DNA from: Macrostomum hystrix
Lineage: Eukaryota; Animalia; Platyhelminthes
Assembly (NCBI GenBank): GCA_950097015.1
Contig: CATNEN010000003.1
Coordinates: forward strand, 4,464,001-4,528,000
DNA: 64,000 nucleotides
Direction of reading: 5' to 3'
The translations under genes and the position numbers were made by a program. Below are positions 50,077 through 61,300 of the stretch, piece after piece; positions within the stretch are counted from its first letter, which is position 1; each line of letters starts with the position of its first letter. A model generated the notes under the pieces. That model was not told the DNA's origin and did not search any database. It was given only the letters and a program-made list of their open reading frames with translations.

Positions 50077-50619
50077 TGTAATATTTATATCATGGTGCCC
50101 TAAGCAAACATGGGGCATTGCATTGTGACATCACTTCGCGATTTATATGAGCCACTAAATTCTGACTTTTGAATTCCTACGCCGAGAAAGTCCCCGTTCG
50201 AATTGAGGACTCGAAAGGGCGCCAACTGGGCGAGACTATCTACAAGAAGAACACCCAACAAGTGAGCGAGGCTTCTACCACTCGCTTCGAGACACCGATC
50301 GCGAGGATGAAGAACAGCTGAGGGCCTCCTTGAAAGCCGGTGTTCCCAGCGAGTTCCTGCGACTGACAGGCTTGCACATCGTGGACTCGCCTTGCCTCTG
50401 GACGAGCCTGGACTCGCTCCTCATTCGATGGACAGTACCGCTGTCAATTGTTCCGCTGAGTATTGTCGTTGTGCATCTGTATATTTTACCTTCCAAGTGA
50501 AATTGTTATTAATTTATCGAAATAAATTGGCCGAGTTTGCAGCGGTCCAGTTTCGCTGTCTGATTGTCTAGCATTTTCTTGCGCGGCATGCCTCTGGCAC
50601 ACTGTGTCGTCGCGCTACA
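50077..50619 (+). mobile_element. Possible LTR-like segment
   Basis: TGTAA...CTACA ends with an internal AATAAA; a 31-bp piece recurs at 51402-51432; no TSD found. Confidence 0.35.
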
Positions 50620-53124
50620 TGATCAGGGAGTCTCCCTTGCACCCTCAGGCGCTGTCCAGTAGTAGGCGTTGGTCTTTTGCCAGTGCTGCATGCGTCTCAG
50701 AACGCGGTCGCCAGTGCGGGTGCCGTGGTCCACGGCCTTGAAGCGTCGGTCAGCGTGTCGCTTTATTTTCTGCTTTGCTTGGCGGTCTCGGTTGACGATG
50801 GCGTCTCTTGTCGCATCGACTGGCTGTGAGTGCCGAAGGCACGGGATTGTGTCGTTGATCTGCCTGCCGAATGGCGGCTCAGAACGACGGAGGGGTTGCT
50901 CACGCCTGTACACCACCTAAAAGACCAGGTCTTGCAATCGCAGTACCAATGAAATCCAAGCTCCCGCCGCCGCTGACGTAGTGTGGAACTTTACTCCGCC
51001 ATACTTCACCGCGAGAGCCTCCCGCGCTCCGTCTGGGAGTAGCGCTGCTCATTCGGGCTCAGGCAGCGGCTTGCGTAGGCCACCGTCGATCCATCGGGCT
51101 AGATTTGAGCGAGAATGTCTCCGACGCCCGTGGGGCTGGCGTCCACAATGAGCTGGGTCTGCAGCTCGTTGCTGAAGAATACGAGCTACCAGTGCCTGGC
51201 TGCTTGCGATTGTCTGCTTTATGTATTTGAATGCGGCCTCTTGCTGCTTACCTCAGTTCGACTCTGTGGCTTGTCTCATCACTTCTCGGAGCGGCCGGGC
51301 CCTGCCGGACAGGTTACTGATTAAGTGCGCCACGAATGTGACGAGCCCGTGCATGGAATGAGTCGACCTCAGTTGCGTTGGTCAGCCGCTTGAAGCTATT
51401 GATTGTCTAGCATTTTATTGCGCGGCATGCCGATAGAGACCTTCTCCACTTTCTCGCTGCTCGTGTGAATGCGTAGTGAAAGTCAGCAGATCCCTGGACT
51501 CTACTGCCACTTCGATCTGGTGAAATGCTTTGGCTACGTCCAGCTCCGAGAAGTATGACTATCCGGCCATCGTCCGTGACCTCTTTGAATGTTGGGATCG
51601 GCTGCTTGTCTGGGATGACTTACTTGTTCACCATGCGGAGATCCTGAGTGATGCACACCTCTCCCCACTCGGTCTTTGGAACTGCGACCATTCTGGATTA
51701 CCGCGCTGTTGGACCACGCACACACTCGACGATCCCTTGTGCCAGCTGATCTTGCAGCTCCTTGATGACGGCATTCCTTAGATGAACTGGCACTCAAGAT
51801 CATGACACTGGTTGTTTTGACGCAGCCGATGCCCTGGAAGCACTCGCTGAAGTCTGCGAGGATGCTCCTAAGCTATAGTTGTTTGGGCAGGTGTTGATCC
51901 TCGATGCTCTCCGGCTTGACTAGGCTTGCAACCTTCGCCGAGTATATGCCGACCTCTGGGCCGACTCTCAGCATACCGAGCTTCGTGCCGGATGCTCTGC
52001 CGAGTATCGGAGTGCAGTTACTCCGGATGAGGATGAAGTTTGCCGGAAGCTCACTCTGGTTAGCCCTGTCGGTGAGCGTCGTCTGGTCGGCTGCCTCCAG
52101 TGGCTCCGAGCGCGAAGACTCTGGCGTGGGACGGCAGGAGCGGCGTGCTGAGGCAAAGGATTCTGCGGAACATCGCCATGTCCAGCACATTGCAGCTCGA
52201 GCTCCGCTATCGATCAGAGTGCCTGCAATTAATTCTAATGGCGAAACTTGCCATTGTTTTCCTTGCCGCTCAGCATGAAGAACACTAAGTAAGTTTGCTA
52301 CTCGTCCGTCTGATCTTGTTCGGGCTACACTGCATGGATTGATCTTTGACCGGCCGCTTAGGCAGCTAGGCCTTGGCCAGGTGGTTGAGCTTGCCGCAGC
52401 TGACGTACGGCTTGCCGATTGCGCCCTTGACGCAGCTGTCGTGCCGGGGTTTGATCTGTGGCAGGCAGGACTGCGCGCCATGCAGCCGCACTCCATGTAC
52501 GCAGCCTGCTTACATTTGCACAGCTCACCTTTCTCTCGATCCTGAGGTTATTGATTATTTCTCATAACTTGACTTATTTGACTTTTAAAGCCTACATATA
52601 TCGTTTTATATCGACCTTTTAAGTCTCGCTTCGATTGAATCATTGTAAAGCATCGCAACAAATAAACTTAGTATCGAAACTAACTTAAGCCAAGCCTACG
52701 GGCAGCCTTGTCTCCGATTCCTGGGTACGACTTGAAAGCAGCTTTTATGGCCCAGATATCGTCGCATCGGATGCAGATGACTGAGTCGGCGGCCTGTCGC
52801 TGTCCTGGCCATGATGGCTGTCTGCTTCTTGGCTGTCTCGCGTCTGGCTTGCTGAAGGAGTCTGCCAGGCTGATGTTGGGCACGTTTAAGACTATCTTCC
52901 TCAGCGATTCGCTGCGGCAGCTGGCAGCATGATTTGGTCCCTGATGAGAGAGTGGTAAAAGCCCTCGAACTGGCAGACTTCGGAGGCCGCTCCCAGAGCC
53001 TGCTGTGCCCCGCGTCTATGGGCTCACCTTCGTTTTAAAAACACTTGACCACGGAATTGGTTACGCTTGAATACTACATTGTCTCTGCCTTGGAAGTGTG
53101 AGTGGTGAACTGTGCAATCAGCTG

Positions 53125-55956
53125 CCCGCTTGGCAAGTTCACGTAAGGCGAACGTAACATTTTGGTAAATAATTTTTACGAACATTTTACGAAGCAAATT
53201 GGGGGGTTTACTAACCTAAAATGGAAAATCATGGGAAGGGATAAACCAGAAAGTATACATTGTTTCTGACATGTATGTGGTTGATGCTCTAACCATTAAT
53301 TAAATTTTGGTAATTTTGTTACGTACCATTTACGGAACTAGTTTCCACAATTAAACGTAAACTTTCGAAAAAAATAACGAATTACTATTTATCACGGACT
53401 ATTCATTTAAAAATGCTTTTAAAATACTTACATGTTGCCTAAAGGCACCGGAATTTATTTTATTAGTCACAATATCAGTGTCATGGATGGTATTTTTTTG
53501 AGAAAAGCAAATCGTAAAAAATTCGTACTTTCTTTACTTAAAAAAATCGTACTTTTTGTTCAGATATTTTACGTTATTAATTTTTAATATATACAGAATG
53601 TACTTAAATTGAATCATTTATATTTAAATGGGTTAATTTGGTCTTTTGTAGAAACACCAGGACTTAATCGAGGAATGACACGTCTTTTTATATGCTATTA
53701 AATAAGTTAAGGCTGCCGAAAAATGTTAAACATGGTCGGATAAAAAGTAAAGCTTCGGTAGTTAAAAAAATTAAGCATAATAAGCAACGTAATTTTGTAT
53801 CAAATATTATATATTTTTATGTCTTTTAAAAAAGAATTTCAATAATGACATTAATGCGCAATACTTTATCTTTTTATTTGAAGTTTTATCTAAGCCAAAA
53901 ATTGGTCTAGAAACTTTTGTTATAGCATGTGTTCCGTGTTCCTCATGTTAATTTAAATTTTCAGCTGCGACCACCTCCTTAACTGACTCAACTGTTTTGG
54001 GTGTTTTATTAGGTTTGTCAGTGTTATTATATATTATATATATACAACATATTGTCATATATGTGTATAGCATTTTTTTATATTTGTATAAATTAACTTT
54101 TTCATCCCAAATTCATTTTCTAATTTTTAAGATCAAATAGTTTGCAATTTTTTGATATTTATGTGCTTCTAGGCTTGGTTACAATTTGAAAGTTAAAGTT
54201 TTGTAAAGTTATTTAAGACTTTTGTACTAATATCAAGCTAAGTAATACTTAATATACCTAAGTACCTAAGTAATACTAAATATATATATAATATATATTG
54301 CATTTTATCAATTTGCAGCTACGCAGTCATGGAAATGGATGATGATCCTGAGGACTGGCATATATCAGACTCCTCAATATCAAATTGTCAATTTATGACA
54401 CAAACAACAGACAAAGCTGCAGGCAAGCCACCTTTTTTTGGCAGTTCACCATCATCACCCAGTGGTTTTTCATCAGATACATTGAGCAGCAATTTAGATC
54501 ATGAGCATGAAGCTAAAAACCATGAATCATCACTAGACTCAGATGCCAGTTCATGTCCAAGTTCCTTGCCACTACCAGTTCAGAAGAACAATTACAACCA
54601 AAGTGCAGAGCAAGCTTTGGCAGATAGCTTGTCATCTACTTCTAGAGGCGACTTCATGGCCATGGGCCAACATTGGCAATACTCCTCATCAGAGAGCATT
54701 TATGGTTTCTCTTCAGATTTTGAAGCTGATGCTGTATTCCAAGCTGCCTCATTAGAGGCAGATCTGGTAGAGTACTGGAGAAATTCAAAAATCACGACAG
54801 ACGACACCAGAATCGACAGGAAGGCAACCAGCAGGATGAGCAGGTTGACCAGGCTGACCAGCAGGATGACCAGTCTTTTGTCGCTGACTCTAATACAAGC
54901 AGTGAAGGAGAAATAGAGGAGGAAGACTGACTGCTCTATATTGACTGTACTGACTGTGCACAGCTGTGCCTCTGTTGTTGTTCCTCTCTGGCCCTCTTGA
55001 CTGTCTGTCTGCATGTATCTGTCTCTGTCTCTGTCTTTCTGTCTGTCTGCATGTATCTGTGTCTGTCCCTCTGTCTGTCTGTGTGTCTGTTCTGTCTGTC
55101 TTGTGTCCGGTTTTAGTCCGGCTCTTCATTCAGTCTAAACTGCCTAACTAATTAGAGCCAGATGAGATAAATCTGGGTGTAGCATTTTACTAGTAAACTA
55201 GTTTACTAAAAGGTAGTACTACTTGCTTCTCTACATTCAGTTTCTACGTATCTATGTTCAGTTCTCTCATTTCCACTTTATGTAGTTCTGTTTGAACTCT
55301 TTTTCATTTCATACTGTAAAAGTTGTTGCCATCATTATGCTAAATTTTTACTTAAGTATTAATATTTTGCTGGCTCAAATTCCTACTTCCTGTACAGCTG
55401 GCAGCTCGGCTTATCGCAATGATGATCCTGCTGAAAATAGTAGTTTACAATTGTAACTTTGTAAGTAAATGATCCTGTTTTCAAATAATTCTCAATTTAA
55501 ATAGTTCAGAAATAAATATAGCGTTGTCTAAATAAATAAAGCAATATAATTTTGTACCAAATAATCATGAGATCAGCAGTCTAAAAATCTTGAAAGTCTA
55601 AAATCTCGAAAATAGCTATATCAGGTCGTTGTCAATGCTTTGTCTTACTTATTTATTTTTGTCGCATTTCTATCAAGGGAAAAAGTGGGAATAAAAAGCT
55701 CCGTGATGTGACACCTCTGGGTGATTGATGGCCCACCGGCTGTAACCCAGGATGGAACAGGGTTCACAGGGTTTATATGTAAATTTACGAAAATAGTTTC
55801 ACGTATAAATGGTACGTAAAAGTTACCAAAAACGATTCGTAACATTCACGTGAAAAATGATGAATATGGTACGTAAACATACGTATCATATTGGCAAAAT
55901 AGGTTAAAAAAAAATTCGTATTTTTTTCGTAACTTTACGCAAAATTGTCACGCGGG
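53125..55956. mobile_element. Non-autonomous CACTA/CMC-like DNA transposon
   Basis: Imperfect TIRs CCCGCTTGGCAAGTTCACGTAA / CCCGCGTGACAATTTTGCGTAA, 3-bp TSD CTG, many subterminal TTACG/CGTAA motifs, AT-rich body. The flanks rejoin into continuous gag sequence. Confidence 0.72.
54329..54916 (+). other. Ser/Asp-rich exon-like ORF carried inside the CACTA-like element
   Basis: Acceptor tttgcag at about 54318, then ATG; 195 codons; followed by (CTGT)n at about 55000-55100. Confidence 0.4.
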
Positions 55957-56374
55957 CTGGTCGACAGTTAGCTCGACTGACGGTTCACCTTCTTTCCGTG
56001 GCTGCGGTTGATTGGTGATTCGCTGTGCAGGTCGCTTACTTATTTGCCAGCTGTGTGTAGAACTGATGAATCTGCCGTTTTTACTTTCGTTTGTAATGCC
56101 GGTGGCCGCCAGGTAACGCAGGAGATTTGTGGCATGACAAAGGGTTATTAACTTATTTAAAAAAATTAAAATAATGTTTAAAAAGATGAGCTGATATTGT
56201 AATGATCGACTGGTTAACGGTTACGTTAGTTAATTCTATAATCTTCTTAGAAATGTACAATTATCGTATTTCTGTTTCGTTCGATTTCTTATTTTCGCTT
56301 TCACTTTAAGGCCACTTAGGCACTTCAGTTTCTACTATAAAGTAGTCTGATTCTATAAGGGGGCTTCCAGCCGA

Positions 56375-56994
56375 CTAGGGTGATTCGTCGACCTCCACCT
56401 CGTACACAGGGCCACCTAGCTGTATCGGATTGGCAAGCAGGTGCTCACAGCAGATGTCTCTGCAGAAATTGGCCCAGTCTACGGCATTGTGGTGGGCAAT
56501 GCGCGTCTGCCGCTCAATCTCGTCCAAAGGCATCTCCAGGGACCAAATATGTATAAAGTCGACCAGCCGTGGCAGTTCGATGTGGCTGGCCTCAAAAAAC
56601 GACCCCTTTCGAACCGAGACTTGTCCATGACATGCGTTGCACGTCCACGCCCAGCCATCAATGTAGCGCTCACCGGCACGCCGCTGAAACTTCATTGGGA
56701 GGCCACAACAAACTCGCGTGTTGGCCAGAAGATGGTGTTGCGTCAGCCAACGAATAGAAGCCAGGTTGTCCGCCGTGGCAGCATGTATCGTCCGCAGGTC
56801 AGTTGGCATGCCAATTAAGGCGTCTACGTGTAGCAATTCGTTTGGCGGTAGAATAGAAGTTGGTGCTGGAGGACGACATGCAGCCATGTTGAAATCGTAT
56901 TGAATTGAATTATTATATTGAATTAAAATATCGTATTTTATACCCCACATCAATTTGAGCCGTAGAATACTGCGTGGCACTTTCACTTTTTGCC
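56375..56994 (-). mobile_element. Merlin (IS1595/ISXO2-like) transposon 5' fragment; transposase truncated after the first catalytic Asp
   Basis: ATG at 56887; C..C zinc ribbon, SVRKGSFF, DWANFCRDIC, LGGP..EVEVDES; probable terminus GGCAAAAAGTGAAAGTGCC at 56994. Confidence 0.85.
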
Positions 56995-57194
56995 ACGTCA
57001 GTTAAGTGAATTTAATTTAATTTTATTTTTTTATTTTAATTTAATTTAAGTGAATCATATTTCGTGCCTGCACAAATTCAAATCGGTCGTCAAACTTTAA
57101 AGAACGAAACGACACATATATGCCCTTTGCTTTTTTATTGTCTGTCTACTAGCTTTCCTGTTTTCCTTATGGATTCCTAAATGAGAACCCTAGG

Positions 57195-57550
57195 AGGGTC
57201 AGAGTGGTCTAACGCTTTAGCCTCTCACACGAAGATCCTGGAGCACATGCAACTTCGCAGCGAGGCCACATTTATTTTGGGTGAAGCCACAGAGAGAAGG
57301 CTTGCGGGTTTTTGTGCAATTTATGCCCTTGAATCGCCTTGAATGCCAAGGCCAACTAGCTTTTGCTCTCCAAGGACAGTCAGTGTCAGTGCTGATGGCA
57401 GATATGCACACCCCTGTGTGAGTGTATGCCTGCAGTGTACAGTATCTATGATGTTAAGTGTGCTCAGGAGTATAAGCAGATTCGCATCCTTTCTGCCTAC
57501 AAATAGGTCTAGTGTCACCAAATGATGTCCAACAATCATCCTGCAATTAT
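57195..57550 (+). mobile_element. SINE family B, diverged copy
   Basis: Shared segments gcctctc.cac, gaggccacatt, gagagaaggcttg, ggcagat.tgcacac, ggtctagtgtcac. Confidence 0.75.
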
Positions 57551-58393
57551 TTGTTTAAATGTTAACAATAGGTTATCTCCTTATGTAACTTATCGCTTCA
57601 TCTATTTTAGAGAAATTCCTATCTAATGTGGCCCTATAAATGTCTTAAACTTTGAAGCTCTCCAAAGATTGTTTATAGGCCTAACTATCTTAAGTGTGCA
57701 GCAATAGTTGCAATTGCAATACTTTCTATTTGTCTCTCTTGAACTCTCTTACTAGGCATATTCGTCTCTGTATGTTTTGTAAGGAACTAAGGAACACAAT
57801 TATTAATATATTCAAACTTCGTATTTAAAATACTATAGGGGCCTACTTGGTAAAACCTGAGACTTGTCCTAATTTGCAGCAAGTATACATATTGACCTTC
57901 ACAAATATTATATTTCTCTTGCATGCCTCTAAATTGTGGCATTAGGCAAAATGTTCCCCTTTTTATCCTAGTTGAAGCACAAGAACCTAACATACTTTAT
58001 TATAAATTTTTCTTGTAGGCTAATATTTTTTTGACTAAAAGGATTCAATGAAGTATATATTTTTATAATTAAGAGCTATTGGGTAACATTGGGTAACAGT
58101 CCTGAACAGAAATGTTCCATGCACTAGAAGTAAAATATTTGAATTTAGAACCTGCACCAGTTAATAAACAGAATTTATTTCAACATGACAGCTTTTTTAG
58201 ACACATGCAGAGATATTGAAAGAAGTATCTTTAGAATTATCTTACTCAATTTCTTAGAAATTAAAAAAATTGTATAAAACTACCTCACATTTTAAAATAA
58301 AATTATGAAAATTAGACAATCACATTTTAGACCTCACTATTGACTAAAAAAGCCATGTTTATTTGTAATCTAAAAATGTCTTTCTCATTTCAG

Positions 58394-61300
58394 GCTTCTG
58401 GCCCTAGTCACTCCAATAATGCAAGAGTTGTCTGCTCTAGAAGTGGTACTCAAACCTTTCAAGATGAACCAAAACTATTGACAGGTAAGCTGACTGTTTC
58501 TGATTCTGATATTTATCATAGGCCTATCTAGCTTCATTTAGAGACATGGCTTTTTTAGATTTATTGCAAAGTAAATTGCAGTGCAATAATTTGATAGCAG
58601 GCATAATATTAGTATTAGTTATGATGTAGGCTGAAACCCCAAGTTACAACATATCAAGTGGTTAAAGTGTCAGACTCACAACTTAAAAATCAGGGGTAGG
58701 CCCTATGATTCTTCTCTCCACTGGGAAAATTATGATTTAAATAAGCAAACAAGCAATAGGCTTCAGTTCACCCAGCTGAAAAATGGGTACCAGGGATGTG
58801 TAATCAATAAATTATTATTATTATTATTAGGCCTATTACCATTTTATTATTGTACTTAAATGTTTGGCCTAAATTTAATTAAGCTGTGAAGTCCAAAAAC
58901 AAATATTAAACCTTCAGATGAAACATCGTCAGATATTCATAGTGCTTCGCGCAGTCGAGGCAGTCATTCTCGCCCGACGATTAATCGTGGCGGCAGTCGC
59001 AGTGGCAGTCGCAGCGGCAGAGGCGCTAGAAACTTCTACAGTGGTTGTGGTCACGATCAGTTTAGTTCCAATAGAGGTAGCACCAACTCAGTTAGTGGCG
59101 ATGTCAGACTAGACAATGTCACTGTCCAACCTGACTCAGTTGAAAGCGTTGGTAAGACCAGATTTAATGCACTTGACATCACTCTTATATCTCATATGGG
59201 AAATAGTATATTTGGGTTGAACTGCTGCTTTGCTTATGAAAATACTGATCTTCCATTGTAGCTAGTGATGACCGTGAAAGTGTCGATAGCAATGGAAGTG
59301 ACAGTCGAAGTGGAGGCATTCGAAGTCGTCGAAGCGGCCAATTTTCTGCTCCATTGTCCAGTCGAAGGCCATACAGTCATCGGGGCTCTGCGCATCAACC
59401 ACATCAGGGCCCAACACCGCATCAAGGTCCACCACCGCCTACACGATGGAATCAAGGTCCACCACCACATCAATGGAATCAAGGTCCACCACCGCAACAA
59501 TGGAACCAAGGCCCACCACCGCAACAATGGAACCAAGGCCCACCACCGCAACAATGGAATCAAGGCCCACCACCGCAACAATGGAAGCAAGGCCCACCAC
59601 AGCAACAATGGAAGCAAGGCCCACCACCACAACAATGGAATCAAGGTCCGCCACCTCATCAGGGCCCACCACCACATCAAGGCCCACCTCCATACCAAGG
59701 CCCACCACAGCATGGCACACAGCAGCTGCATAATCTCCAGCAAGAGCAACAGTCTCGTCGTCTTAATAAAAGAAAGCTTGTACAGAAAGAAAGGCAACAT
59801 ACAGTGCCAAATAAGCCAGCAGAGACAGACATTGTTGCTACAATGGACGGCGATATAAGCAAGCCTAGATTTGGTAATTTTACGATTTCTTTTATCTAAA
59901 ATCTATCTTACTTTCGCATCAATGTTTACTTAGATAGGCATAAAAATTTGATTGTAGCCCCGACTTTCGGGCTTCTGACCTATATGTCTAATAGGTCGGT
60001 AGTTTGAATCTCAGATCGTTGATTTTTATGCTTTAAAGTTGTAGGCAATCATTTATATCGAATTTCGGCTAAAACAGCACTATTTGCACTTCGTTACAGG
60101 CTACTACGTGTCCAAGCAGGGTGTTCGCGGATTTGTATCTTACGAAGATGATCCTAATGTCTGCAACGGTGTCAATTTTGGGGTTAGCGCCCAATCATTG
60201 GAACAGCTAGGTATCAAAATTGGCGATCGCATTCAGTATCAGATTCACATCGGTGCGAAAAATGCGGAATCAATTCACAATCTCGCTGTTGCTCCGTACA
60301 GTCCATCATTGCAAAAAATTGTCAGCGCCATCATCAAAGGTGAAGAAGACGGTGAGAATGAAGGTGAAGTTTATTACATAGTCTCGACGCCGGGTGTCGG
60401 TCGGCTAAGATTTCTTTCCAATAAGGCCAGAGTCGGCGCCTGGAAGCCGCAGCGAGGCGATCAAGTTTCGCTTGTTTTGAATTTTCCTCTGGACAGTGAG
60501 GCAGATTTTGATGTTGCGCTTGAGCGCTTAAGCAATAGAAGCTTCAATGAAATTTCGGCCTTCATCGAGTCGCTTAAAAATCGAACTTCAAGCGAGCAAA
60601 TCGATGAGCTACTGGCCAATCCGATTTCTTGGGCCGTAATTGGCCGATCGACTAGTTTGACTCCAGAGCTGCTTATGCCAGTTGTTGCTTTTTTTGTTCG
60701 AGCTAACGAAATTGCTAGCCATTATCTTAAGGCCCATCTTAGCCAAAGCCTTCGTTCACTATTGGATGAAGAGTACTTCAAGACAGACAGCGGTCCGTTT
60801 TTTGAACTCTTCAAGCGTCCACCGGAATTAACAATGCGTCAAGAAAATGCTGTGAAGACGCTTGTTTCATTCTGTGAACTAGTTATTCGTTTGGCTCCAG
60901 ACAGAAGCTATCTAGTTGTTAAGCTGTGCGAGAAACACCTAGTCAATTATCTAGATAGCAAGGCGGCGTTTGATCTTACAAAAACTTTTTGCAAAATGTT
61001 TCTTAAAGTCCCTGTCAAAGAGCTGTCTTGCCACGAACTTCCTATCACTCCAAATCGAGATGAACTGCTCGACACTAACGAGTCGTTGCAAATAATTGCT
61101 GGCTCGTATTTCAGCATGAAATACACTTCTGTGGAGCAGTACTTAGGCGCTAATCTAAGACTTCTTCGTGCCGTCTGCTTTGAGGAAATCAAGTTCGACA
61201 TTAGCGAATTCACTAGGAATCCCATAAGCGGTCAAGCCGTGTCCATCTACAGGAATGTTGAACTCAGAGGGATTAGTACGGACGGACAGAAGGTATCACT

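Larger units (their letters stand above)
50620..56140 (-). pseudogene. Decayed Gypsy (Mag-like) gag-pol relic, split by a DNA transposon
   Basis: Integrase tail (RDRQAKQKIKRHADRR..GDRVL), protease-like LIDSGA and PILGRASGTKLGML, gag-like LTVDQLIAQFTTH..NVVFKRNQF; many frameshifts and deletions. Confidence 0.7.
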
